NCBI GenBank assembly: GCA_937982505.1 | Contig: CALJLV010000086.1 | Span: 10,990-74,989 of the forward strand | From: an uncultured Desulfobacteraceae bacterium | Lineage (GTDB): Bacteria > Desulfobacterota > Desulfobacteria > Desulfobacterales > UBA2174 | Direction of reading: 5' to 3' | Length of the DNA stretch: 64,000 bases | Shown: positions 46,371 through 54,639 of the stretch, piece after piece | How positions within the stretch are numbered: position 1 is the first letter of the stretch | Layout of the letters: each line of letters begins with the position of its first letter | Translations under genes and position numbers: made by a program | The notes under the pieces: generated by a model | What the model saw: only the letters and a program-made list of their open reading frames with translations | Databases searched by the model: none | Told to the model about the DNA's origin: nothing

Positions 46371-46818
46371 CGGTGTTCACCATTCCTTTCCCGCCATTGC
46401 CATTCCTTTTCGGCGGCGGGATATTGACTCCATGTTCGGTTGCCGCCCATCTGCAAATGCGTTCGACATACGAATCCTGGTCGTGGAAAAACTCGACGGT
46501 TGACATCTTGGCGGTCGATCCGCCGATCGTCGAACCGTCGAGTTTCGACACGATGGGGTTAAAAAGACGCTTGAGTTCGGTGTGCATGTCCTCGGGGTCG
46601 TACCCGAAAAAATCGCCGAGGATCTTGACCACGACACCCCAGTAATAATTGTTCTGGTCATGGGTGCGGTTGTTGCGATGCTTTCGAATCACGATGTCGA
46701 CTTGGGTACCGGTCGCAAAAGACCGGATGTGCCGATCCATCGCCATCCGCTCAACACCTATGATCTTGAGCGATCCGTCCACCACGTTGCCGGTGAATAC
46801 TGGGGTCGGTTGCTTCAT
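46249..46818 (-). CDS. NinB/Orf-like recombination protein
   Basis: VDIVIRKHRNNRTHDQNNYYWGVV...STAKMSTVEFFHDQDSYVERICRWAATEHGV parallels lambda NinB (RS.DQN..LW...S.M....F). The 3' ~120 nt overlap the next gene, so the true end is uncertain. Confidence 0.5.
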   Translation of the reverse strand: MKQPTPVFTGNVVDGSLKIIGVERMAMDRHIRSFATGTQVDIVIRKHRNNRTHDQNNYYWGVVVKILGDFFGYDPEDMHTELKRLFNPIVSKLDGSTIGGSTAKMSTVEFFHDQDSYVERICRWAATEHGVNIPPPKRNGNGGKGMVNTDEFRPTRKQRTVATHPVGPRNRRMEKHPGHDPGREHLRGQ

Positions 46819-47003
46819 CGCAAAAATGCGTCCCGGATCAGCGCGCAGGTGATAAAAAAAGCCGTGGCAAAAAGGGCCCCCAAGAGCAACCCGGACCAAA
46901 ACCGGTCCTCGCTCTTTTGCCAATCGTTTCTCCGGCGGCCTACGCTGTGCCGACGATCGGGAATTGCGACTTTTGGAGGGTCTCGATCAAGTTCGTTTCT
47001 CAT
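46815..47003 (-). CDS. small membrane protein
   Basis: C-terminal TM helix WSGLLLGALFATAFFITCALI. Confidence 0.4.
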   Translation of the reverse strand: MRNELDRDPPKVAIPDRRHSVGRRRNDWQKSEDRFWSGLLLGALFATAFFITCALIRDAFLR

Positions 47004-47161
47004 ATCGATCCTTTGGAGAGCATGGTTCTACCGGGCAAGTGCGGGCTTTCGGGATGTGCGTTGGCAAACGCTTTCATCACCGCCAGTACCCATGAGATTT
47101 CACCGCAAACTTTACAGCGCATGACCTGCCCCTCGGTGTCGATTACGGTGTTTTTTCTCAT
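47000..47161 (-). CDS. small protein
   Basis: ATG 47161 in ATGA coupling with the SbcC-like stop. Confidence 0.35.
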   Translation of the reverse strand: MRKNTVIDTEGQVMRCKVCGEISWVLAVMKAFANAHPESPHLPGRTMLSKGSI

Positions 47162-49695
47162 TCGACGTGAATCCCTCCGTTGAAAATGATCTGGTGATCG
47201 GCAAGCCCGACGCACTCGGGCTTGTGGCTGATGAAGAAGATCGAGCCAAACCCGCCGAGTCGCAGGAACTCGCGGTACATGGCGATGAATGACCGCGCCG
47301 CCTCCGGATCCAGGGCGCCGTCTTCTTCGTCGGCGAAAGCGGTTCGGAAATCACGGCCGGATTTCTGTTTGGCCACCAGGGTCAGGGCCAGGCGTAGGGC
47401 CTTGAGGTCCCACGTCTTTTCGCCGCCGGAAAACTGGCCGATGGCTTCGCTCGATCCATCCTCCCGTGTCACCACCGGCAAAAGCACTTCCCGGCCGTCG
47501 TCGTCTTGCGTCCGCAACTCGATGCTGTGGGCCGGCCCGTAGGTGGCCGTCAAAAGGTCGTTCGCGTACCGGGCGATCAGCGGCGCCGTGGCGTCAATCT
47601 CTAGGGCCCGCAGACCGTTGGCGCCGGTCGCGGTTTTGAGGTAGGCCCATTCGGCGGCCTGGGTCGAAAGACCGGCCAGTCGGGTCCGCATGGCCCCGAT
47701 CTTCTCCCGGACCGATGCAACATGCCTTTCGTCCGCCTCGATCCGGGCCAAGGCGGCGGTCTGGCCCATGATCTGCTTGGTCAGGTCATCGATGGTCCGC
47801 CGGTGCTCTGCGATTTCGGCCTCAAGCGCGCCAACCTGAATCGTCGCCTCGTTGGCGGCCATCGCTTTCGCCTGGGCCTCGTTGAGTCGGCTTTCGGCGG
47901 CGTCCAGGTCCTTTTGGATCTCGGCAAGCTCCTCTTTTCCGGACTCCCTCAAGGCCTCAAGGCTCACGTTGGCCCGTTCGACCGCCTCTTTGGCCGGGCC
48001 GATCTGCTCACGGGCGCCCCGGATCTCGTCGATCCGCTCGGCCGCGGCCTCATGCCTGGCGGCCAACTCTCTGTTGAGGCGGATCCGCTCGGTGAGGTCG
48101 TCGACGTCCGCCTGGATTTTATCTTTTCGGGCCTGGGCCTCGGCCACCTCGTTTTCCATCGTCTGCTTGACGTTCTGCAAACCGGCCTTGACTTCCCGGC
48201 CGCGCTCGACGTTTGCGGCCAGGGCCTGCTTGGCCGCGGCAAGCTCGGCGTCGTTTTGTTTCGCCTCGGCTTCGAGGCGCGTTATTTCGGTCACGATTCG
48301 GGTGTCCTCGGCCTTCAACGCCTCTTTTTTTGCCGGCAGGGCCTCGGCGGCGTCCAGGGCGGACCGGATGAAAGCGCAGTCCTCTGAGTTGCACCGGTAC
48401 GACCGGCCGCAGACCCCCCCGACCGGCTCGTTGATGGTGACCGTGCCCCGCTTTTCCAGGTCGGCGGCCTGGCGTTCGAGACCGTCGATCTCGGCCCTGA
48501 GACGCGGCGCCTGGGATCCGGCCAGCAGGTTTCCCCGGGCCGTCGCGATCTGGTCGACCTTGCGGCCCAACTCGTTGACCCTGGCAGCAAGCGGCTCGTA
48601 CTCGGCCCGGAACGATTCCAGGCTCTTTTCCAACTCGGCGATGTGCCGGCCGCGGCACGCCCGGATGTCGTCGATCACCGCATCGGCCGACCGGATCCCG
48701 CGCAGCGCGAAATCCCGCTCCTGTTCCATCGCGACGATGGCGGCGCGCAGGGCCTTTGCCTGCTCGGCCGCATGCTCGACCTCGGAGGCCGTCGCCAGAA
48801 TAGCGGTCAGGCGGTCCCATTCGGCGCCGGCCCGGTCGACGTTGGCCCGGGCATCCGTCACCGCCTGATTGATACCGGCGCGCCGGCGGCCGATTTGAAC
48901 GGTGATTTCGGCGACGCGCACCTTCGCCGCCTCGACCGCCTCGGCCGCCGCCTCGGCCTTCGCCGCATCGGCTTTCGCCGCGTCGAGTAGGCGGACCGTT
49001 CCGTCGAGGGTCCCGTTTGCCAGCCGCCGCTTGAGTTCCAGGGCCTCGATTTCGGATTCGGCGTCCTCACGCCGGGTCGAAAGGGTGATGCTGTCGGAAA
49101 TCGACGCCTCGGCGACCTGGATATCGCGCTCGATGTTTGCGACGGCGCGCATGAACCTGGCCTCGGCGTCCTTGGCGGTCTTTTCCCACCCGAAATACCG
49201 GTCCAGGCGCAAGAACTCGGCCATCAACCGCTTGAAATCGGCCGGCTTGATGTCGGAGAGTTTGGCCGAGCCTTGGGCAGCGAAGACCGAGTTGAAAAAC
49301 AGGTCGGGCGATCCGAGCAAGGCTTCGATGGCCGACGTGAACGACGAGATTTTGCCGTCCACCGTCGGTATCCCGTCCTTCCAAAGATACCCTTCGGACC
49401 GGCCCGACTGGGCATCGATCTTGACCAGGGCACGGTAGTCGTGGCCGTTGAGCCTGAAAGAAAGGTCTTTTTCCGAGTCTCGGAGATAGACGTGGTTCTT
49501 GAGCGCCGGGTTCGGGCGGCTGACCACCTGCGGGAACGGTTGCATTTGTTCCAGAAGGGTCGTCTTGCCGGCGCCGTTGCGGCCGGTCAGGGCCACCAGA
49601 CCATCGATACCGGACAGGTCCAGTTCGATTTGATCGACTCCGAGGCCATGCCGGATCCCCTTGAAGCCTCTGAGACGGATGCCTTGTAATTCCAT
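47158..49695 (-). CDS. sbcC: SbcC/Rad50-like ATPase
   Basis: LTGRNGAGKTTLLE (Walker A), very long coiled coil, FSGGEKT (signature), FADEEDGALD (Walker B/D-loop). Confidence 0.85.
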   Translation of the reverse strand: MELQGIRLRGFKGIRHGLGVDQIELDLSGIDGLVALTGRNGAGKTTLLEQMQPFPQVVSRPNPALKNHVYLRDSEKDLSFRLNGHDYRALVKIDAQSGRSEGYLWKDGIPTVDGKISSFTSAIEALLGSPDLFFNSVFAAQGSAKLSDIKPADFKRLMAEFLRLDRYFGWEKTAKDAEARFMRAVANIERDIQVAEASISDSITLSTRREDAESEIEALELKRRLANGTLDGTVRLLDAAKADAAKAEAAAEAVEAAKVRVAEITVQIGRRRAGINQAVTDARANVDRAGAEWDRLTAILATASEVEHAAEQAKALRAAIVAMEQERDFALRGIRSADAVIDDIRACRGRHIAELEKSLESFRAEYEPLAARVNELGRKVDQIATARGNLLAGSQAPRLRAEIDGLERQAADLEKRGTVTINEPVGGVCGRSYRCNSEDCAFIRSALDAAEALPAKKEALKAEDTRIVTEITRLEAEAKQNDAELAAAKQALAANVERGREVKAGLQNVKQTMENEVAEAQARKDKIQADVDDLTERIRLNRELAARHEAAAERIDEIRGAREQIGPAKEAVERANVSLEALRESGKEELAEIQKDLDAAESRLNEAQAKAMAANEATIQVGALEAEIAEHRRTIDDLTKQIMGQTAALARIEADERHVASVREKIGAMRTRLAGLSTQAAEWAYLKTATGANGLRALEIDATAPLIARYANDLLTATYGPAHSIELRTQDDDGREVLLPVVTREDGSSEAIGQFSGGEKTWDLKALRLALTLVAKQKSGRDFRTAFADEEDGALDPEAARSFIAMYREFLRLGGFGSIFFISHKPECVGLADHQIIFNGGIHVE

Positions 49696-49705
49696 GGGTG
49701 CCTCC

Positions 49706-49972
49706 TTATCGAATCGCCGCCAGAAGCCAGCGGTTAAGAATTTTGGTCGCGCCCTCGATGTAGCCTCGGCACCAGGTCAGGCAAAGTGCGGCCTGGCGGC
49801 CGTCGGCGCGAAAGAGTTCATCGAGTTCTTGCGCTAGCCAGCGCCAGTGCTGATTGACGGCGGCCGGGTTCCCGTTGGTGCGGGCGCATTCCATGGCGGA
49901 TTCGGCCGCGATGGAATCGTTGGTTCCGGCCCATTGACCGGAAAGGCGATCTTGAATCTCGAATCGGTTCAC
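49706..49972 (-). CDS. hypothetical protein
   Basis: Lies between the SbcD-like and SbcC-like genes, ATGA-coupled upstream. Confidence 0.5.
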   Translation of the reverse strand: MNRFEIQDRLSGQWAGTNDSIAAESAMECARTNGNPAAVNQHWRWLAQELDELFRADGRQAALCLTWCRGYIEGATKILNRWLLAAIR

Positions 49973-51285
49973 GCCGCCCTCCGATCTTCGTTCGGGACGA
50001 TCCCGTCGGCCTCGGCCTCGACGGCGGCCAGCAGGGATTCCGGGTCGATGTCTTCGAGCGCATCGGCCTTGTCCAGGACCCCGGCCGGAACGAGTTCGCC
50101 GCTCATGGCGGCTCTCTGTTCAATTTTTTCTCGCAACCGCTCGATTTCGAGCATCCGGGCGGCCCGGACGTTGGCGCGGGCAACCCGGGTGCGGACAACC
50201 TCTATCGATTGGGCGCCGGGGAAGACGTCGGGCAGGCCGATTTCCATGTCGTCGAAAATCGCCTCTTCGTCCTGGTAGAATTTGATGGCGACTCGGACCA
50301 TGGCGCCTTCGACCGTGGCCCCTATGGTGTAGGGCGCGCAGGCATCTGCGGCGGCCACTGTGATGGCGGAAACCGGGTTGGCGGGATAGCGAGTAAAATC
50401 GTGAGAAACTATCAATCGGCGGCGGGTCGGGGTCTCGATGAATCGATGGTCCCATGCGCCGGCGTAGTCGCCATCGTCCTTCTTTTCGTGGATGTAGAAC
50501 CCCTTGGCGTCCAACTCCCCCCATGTGTTGATCTGCGGCGATCCGGCGTAGAAGATCGGTGCGGATCCGATCCGCTGGGCCTCGTGGATGTGGCCGAGAC
50601 ATACCAGGTTGGGGTTTCCGGCCATCATCTGGTCGCGGGAAACCTCGATGTCCACCCCGGTCAGCATTTGGGTCGGGGAGATAAAGGCGCCGGTCGTGTT
50701 CCAGTGCCCCACCAGGATGTGGGGCACGTTGCCGATCTCGGCGGCGGACGCGGCCAGACCCAAAAACATGGCGCTCAGGCCCTGAGCGATCAGAGCGTCG
50801 GTCTCTTTGATGTCCGATCCTGGCACCAGTCCGACAAGGTGCTCCTTGGTCGGGGCCGGCACCAGGGACACGACGGCGATGATCGGGGCGGGAGCGCCGC
50901 CGGATGTGACGGCCTCGTACTGCTCGCGGTCCCAAAGATTCCCGTTGCGGGTCAGGACCAGTTGGAGGGGGCCGTCAACGGCGGTCCGGATATGGTTGGC
51001 GGCGCCGATCAGGTCCAGGACCTCGGAGGCCTTCCCGTCGTGACTCCGGGTGCCCATGACCCGGGCCACCGGGGCGACGTCGGCCATCGCCTGCATCCAG
51101 CGGTGAATGTACTTGACGGCCGGAGAGTCGGCCCGGACAAACTGGCTGTGAAAGATGTCGCCGGCATCGATGATCAGGTCGGGGCGTTCGGCCCGGGCCA
51201 CTTCGAGGATGTGGCCGGTGCATTTTTCAATTTCGTCCAGGTCCTCGGCGCGGGCGTGGACGTCGGCGAAGTGGAGAATTCTCAT
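49969..51285 (-). CDS. sbcD: SbcD/Mre11-like nuclease
   Basis: Calcineurin-like phosphoesterase motifs FADVHA, DAGDIFH, GHWN, LGHIH. Confidence 0.85.
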   Translation of the reverse strand: MRILHFADVHARAEDLDEIEKCTGHILEVARAERPDLIIDAGDIFHSQFVRADSPAVKYIHRWMQAMADVAPVARVMGTRSHDGKASEVLDLIGAANHIRTAVDGPLQLVLTRNGNLWDREQYEAVTSGGAPAPIIAVVSLVPAPTKEHLVGLVPGSDIKETDALIAQGLSAMFLGLAASAAEIGNVPHILVGHWNTTGAFISPTQMLTGVDIEVSRDQMMAGNPNLVCLGHIHEAQRIGSAPIFYAGSPQINTWGELDAKGFYIHEKKDDGDYAGAWDHRFIETPTRRRLIVSHDFTRYPANPVSAITVAAADACAPYTIGATVEGAMVRVAIKFYQDEEAIFDDMEIGLPDVFPGAQSIEVVRTRVARANVRAARMLEIERLREKIEQRAAMSGELVPAGVLDKADALEDIDPESLLAAVEAEADGIVPNEDRRAA

Positions 51286-51491
51286 AGTTCGTACCTCCGC
51301 TTGAAATTATGAGACGCCACCAGCGTCTTGCGGTGGCACCCGCGGCAAAACGGGTTGCCGCTAAGATCGACGCTCAACGGCCCGTGACAGACCGGGCACC
51401 GTTGCGTGTTGGACCCGACCGTGACACGGTGGAGTTGGCGCAGTTGGGCCGCCGTGCGAACCTCTTCGGGGAATTCTGGATATTGCTTCAT
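51282..51491 (-). CDS. small zinc-ribbon protein
   Basis: ATG 51491 after GGAGGG. CPVCHG...CRGCH. The upstream part of the listed ORF is discarded. Confidence 0.45.
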   Translation of the reverse strand: MKQYPEFPEEVRTAAQLRQLHRVTVGSNTQRCPVCHGPLSVDLSGNPFCRGCHRKTLVASHNFKRRYEL

Positions 51492-51504
51492 GGCCCCCTC
51501 CAGA

Positions 51505-52590
51505 TCAAAGTGGAATGTCGTCGGTGGTCGTGTCGGGTTTGGCCAACAGCTTGGGGTAAAAGCCGTTGAGGGCTTTGTCCGAATACTCGTCGAGGGGCTT
51601 TTCGAGCACCCCGGGAAGGCTGACACCCTTGCGGGCCGCCACGATTTCGATGGCCAGTTGCTTTTGACGGCGGCCCAGCGATGCAAACGCGGCGGCCGTC
51701 GTCGGTGGGACGAATTCGGGCGGGACGGGGGCGTCCGCCGGCGGCAGATCGTAGGGGTCGGGGTTTTGAGGATCAACGGGGGGCGGCGGGTTGTCGTAGG
51801 GGTCGACGTCCGCCATCGAAGATTCGCCGATGTCTACCGTGTCGGAGTTCTCGACAGGGGCCGGCAAGAATCCGGCCGCCTGGGGGCCGAAGATCGCCCC
51901 TGCCACCGACTGGATCGAGGCGGCGCGGAGCAACTTGACCGTTTCGGGGTCGGAGTAGTCCGGGGCAACGACGCACCGGACAATTACGAATGGCTTTTTG
52001 AGGGTGTCAATCGAATGGCACCCGCCGAGGCCGAACAGTTTTCGCAACGCAACCGCCTTGGCATCTGACATGCAGAGCTTGAGCCGTTGCTTGCGTCTGG
52101 CCCTGAAGTCCCGATTGACGCAATACTCCGCGTTTTCGCGGCCTCTGTATTGGTCCACCAGGTCGTCGCGCAGAAAATCCAGGTCGAATTCGGCCTGTCC
52201 CATCCAGGCCACGACCTGCCCATACTCCTTTTTAACGAACACCGTCGCCTCACACATGAGGTATGTGGGCGTCGACGTGATGACCCGGGTCTTTTCCGGC
52301 ACCCATCCGGCGCCGGCAGCAACCGCCAGGCGTTCGAGCGGCGCAAGGTGAAGGGCGAAACCCTTGGCGCCCTTCGGCGTGAAAATGTCCGGGCCGTTAT
52401 TGTACTTGTCGGTGGTCGTGTCGAGCCTGACCTCTTCGACGATCAGGCGGTGAAGTTCCGGGAGACCGAACGGATCGCAAAACATGATCATGTTCGCGCC
52501 CTGTCCCTGATAGGCGCGGATCCGCTCGATTTGGGCCGCGTTCGAGCCGGCCCGGGGGATCATTGGGGTTGCTGGTGCGGGGTTTGCCAT
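51505..52590 (-). CDS. first gene of the leftward operon; possible ssDNA-annealing/recombination protein with SSB-like tail
   Basis: GGAGG RBS. Folded N-terminal ~235 aa, Pro-rich linker, C-terminal tip TTDDIPL resembling the SSB tip. Function not recognised. Confidence 0.55.
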   Translation of the reverse strand: MANPAPATPMIPRAGSNAAQIERIRAYQGQGANMIMFCDPFGLPELHRLIVEEVRLDTTTDKYNNGPDIFTPKGAKGFALHLAPLERLAVAAGAGWVPEKTRVITSTPTYLMCEATVFVKKEYGQVVAWMGQAEFDLDFLRDDLVDQYRGRENAEYCVNRDFRARRKQRLKLCMSDAKAVALRKLFGLGGCHSIDTLKKPFVIVRCVVAPDYSDPETVKLLRAASIQSVAGAIFGPQAAGFLPAPVENSDTVDIGESSMADVDPYDNPPPPVDPQNPDPYDLPPADAPVPPEFVPPTTAAAFASLGRRQKQLAIEIVAARKGVSLPGVLEKPLDEYSDKALNGFYPKLLAKPDTTTDDIPL

Positions 52591-52758
52591 AGAGCCTCCT
52601 TCGTGACGGGTGTGAACGGTGCGGGTCCCTTGCCGTTTGCCCTATGCGCGTTGGCTATGCCGGTCCGCCTCGGGCTTCCCCGCGTCAACTCAGGCGTTTC
52701 ACTGGACCGACAGCCGGGGCCGTCGGAGCGTTAGGGGCCGTTGCGAGGATGTTGGGGC

Positions 52759-52775
52759 AATATTACCCTGGGTGA
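52759..52775. promoter_or_regulatory. operator OL1 (AATATTACCCTGGGTGA)
   Basis: Near-identical to 54386-54402. Overlaps the -10 and spacer of PL. Confidence 0.55.
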
Positions 52776-52788
52776 TAGGAGCGGTCAA
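52760..52788 (-). promoter_or_regulatory. PL-like promoter
   Basis: Minus strand reads TTGACC, 17 nt spacer, TAATAT. Confidence 0.5.
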
Positions 52789-52800
52789 GAGAAAAAATTT

Positions 52801-52815
52801 ACTTTAGGTAATATT
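52801..52815. promoter_or_regulatory. inverted partial operator copy (ACTTTAGGTAATATT)
   Basis: Contains GGTAATATT, the reverse complement of the AATATTACC half-site. Confidence 0.4.
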
Positions 52816-52851
52816 TTGGGACAAAAGTGGAGGTTTTATCGGAGGACGAGA

Positions 52852-52880
52852 CAAAAAAAAGCCCGACCGGGTGGTCGGGC
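52852..52880 (-). terminator. rho-independent terminator of the repressor operon
   Basis: GCCCGACC-GGGT-GGTCGGGC. On the minus strand it is followed by TTTTTTTT. Confidence 0.7.
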
Positions 52881-53037
52881 TTCTGAAGGCTGCTTGGAAC
52901 GTCTATTTTTCTGTCAAGGTCTTGACAATTTTGCGCTCGGGGTGTAGGGTATAAATATAATAATATTTAGTTATATTGATGTCTTAAGCAACACCAACCA
53001 CAACATATTGTGTCTTGATGTGCAAGGAGGGATAGGC

Positions 53038-53289
53038 ATGGAACGATTCGCTTCGTCCAACCAGGCTTTCGCTGTCGGCGCAAGGGGGGCGGACCACAGC
53101 GATTCCTACCCAAACGGGCTATCTTTGGAATACAAGAGAAATTACGGGACTGCCCGGAGGAATATTGACATCTCTGATATCGTGAACAATCCCAACGGCC
53201 TTGGCATCGCTTGCGTTTTTGGTCCTGGCTTCTCTGAAAAGGTCTCCGACTTGCCCTTCGTCAACACTTGTTCGTTCCCTGATGATTGA
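53038..53289 (+). CDS. possible 83-aa ORF or antisense transcript overlapping the 3' end of the ClpP-like gene
   Basis: AAGGAGGG RBS. Upstream TTGACA, 17 nt, TAGGGT (52922-52950). It overlaps 53119-53694 on the other strand, so coding status is doubtful. Confidence 0.3.
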   Translation: MERFASSNQAFAVGARGADHSDSYPNGLSLEYKRNYGTARRNIDISDIVNNPNGLGIACVFGPGFSEKVSDLPFVNTCSFPDD

Positions 53290-53694
53290 TCCTATTCGGC
53301 TTTGGTCCTGAAGAATTGTTTCCAGTCTTTCCCGGATGTTTTTTTCCTCCAGCCGGCACCGCTGATCTACATCGAAGCCAACCCCATGAAACATAAAGGT
53401 GCTGTGGGGGCAGGCATACCTCTGTTCTCCTGCCAAAAAAATCGCATTTCCTATTGAGTCCACATTTCCGACATTGTGAGTGATAAGCCTAAATGGCATC
53501 GCTCTAAGCGAATTATATATCGTTAGACCATGCATGACAGACCCGCCGGGGGTTGAGAGCATTAGATATACTTCATCAATCCCTCTGTTTACCTGTTCCG
53601 CCATAACCGCGATAAGGGTTTCGGTAGTATGGGGAATGATTTCAGCCGAAAACGAAACATATACCGTCATCTGCGACATCCTCCTTTTTGACAC
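53119..53694 (-). CDS. ClpP-family (S14-like) serine protease
   Basis: MLSTPGGSVMHGLTIYNSL..., NVDSIGNAIFLAG, STFMFHG and GIVHDI align with the ClpP motifs INSPGG, AASMG (Ser), MIHQP (His) and LVD (Asp). Confidence 0.75.
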   Translation of the reverse strand: MSKRRMSQMTVYVSFSAEIIPHTTETLIAVMAEQVNRGIDEVYLMLSTPGGSVMHGLTIYNSLRAMPFRLITHNVGNVDSIGNAIFLAGEQRYACPHSTFMFHGVGFDVDQRCRLEEKNIRERLETILQDQSRIGSIIRERTSVDEGQVGDLFREARTKNASDAKAVGIVHDIRDVNIPPGSPVISLVFQR

Positions 53695-54351
53695 TCAGAT
53701 CTTTGCAATTAGCTCCACCACTTTCCCCACCACACAGAAGTCCACCGCACCATCCTTCAGGAATACCATGTCCGGGTATTTGGGGTTCAGGGCCTTGAGG
53801 CGGATCTCGGTACCGTTCTCGTAGTAGATTTTGAACGTCACGTCACCGGCGACCTTTGCCACACAAGGGTCCCCGGTGGACACCCCGATTTCCGGATCGA
53901 CCACGATGATGTCTTCGGCCATATACCTGGGTTCCATGGAGTCCCCTTTTACCCTCAGGGCAAACGCCCTCCAACTCACTTCCCGACGGGCAAACACCGG
54001 CTCATCTTCGCCCGAAACCCCCTCGGGCCAGCAGTCGATGGCCTCGGCCATCTTGCCTGCCGTGACCCATGAAATCACCGGGATGGGACGGCCATGTGAG
54101 GCGCCTGGAACGGGCATAGGGGTTGGATCAATGCTTTGATCGCCTCCAAGGTTGTTCGCAAAAAACTCTGCATGTGTGACGCCGAGGGCCTTAATGATCT
54201 TCTCTTGAGTGTCATAGCCGGGCTTCTTTTTACCTGTAATTATAGAGGAAATCATTCCTTGAGACACGCCCGACAAGTTTGACAGTTTTTCCTGGCTAAG
54301 GCCATCCCGCCTTAAGAAAAACGCCACTCTATCTTTAATTTCGATACCCAT
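53695..54351 (-). CDS. CI/LexA-type repressor (XRE HTH + S24 peptidase)
   Basis: QEKLSNLSGVSQGMISSIITGKKKP HTH. LRVKGDSMEPRY (Ser) and a downstream Lys in the S24 fold. Divergent from the cro-like gene. Confidence 0.88.
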   Translation of the reverse strand: MGIEIKDRVAFFLRRDGLSQEKLSNLSGVSQGMISSIITGKKKPGYDTQEKIIKALGVTHAEFFANNLGGDQSIDPTPMPVPGASHGRPIPVISWVTAGKMAEAIDCWPEGVSGEDEPVFARREVSWRAFALRVKGDSMEPRYMAEDIIVVDPEIGVSTGDPCVAKVAGDVTFKIYYENGTEIRLKALNPKYPDMVFLKDGAVDFCVVGKVVELIAKI

Positions 54352-54376
54352 CGGTTCACAAAAGAAATATTTTTAG

Positions 54377-54405
54377 TTGACTTCGAATATTACCGTGGGT
54401 AAAAT
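54377..54405 (+). promoter_or_regulatory. PR-like promoter; the transcript would be essentially leaderless
   Basis: TTGACT (54377-54382), 17 nt spacer, TAAAAT (54400-54405). The ATG at 54412 is 6 nt after the -10. Confidence 0.6.
54386..54402. promoter_or_regulatory. operator OR (AATATTACCGTGGGTAA)
   Basis: 15 of 17 positions identical to 52759-52775. Lies in the PR spacer and -10. Confidence 0.55.
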
Positions 54406-54411
54406 TCCACC

Positions 54412-54639
54412 ATGACCCTAAAAGAATACCTAACAAGAACTGGGCGAAAGCAGGTGGACCTGGCCTCTACTGCGGGGGTTTCTCAGGCCCACATCTCCCA
54501 GATCTGCAAGTTTGGCCGCCGTCCTTCACCCGACGTGGCTGCCAGGATTTCAAGGGCCACCAACGGAGAGGTGGCCGTGCTGGACCTGCTTTATCCGGAC
54601 GGTGTTTTTGAAAACCAACCCGAATCGGTGGCGGCATGA
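54412..54639 (+). CDS. Cro-like HTH regulator
   Basis: QVDLASTAGVSQAHISQICKFGRRPS HTH. First rightward gene opposite the repressor. Confidence 0.75.
   Translation: MTLKEYLTRTGRKQVDLASTAGVSQAHISQICKFGRRPSPDVAARISRATNGEVAVLDLLYPDGVFENQPESVAA
54616..54637 (+). repeat. 22-bp direct repeat R1 (CAACCCGAATCGGTGGCGGCAT)
   Basis: Exact copy. Carries the last codons (QPESVAA), the stop and the next start (ATGA). Confidence 0.9.
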
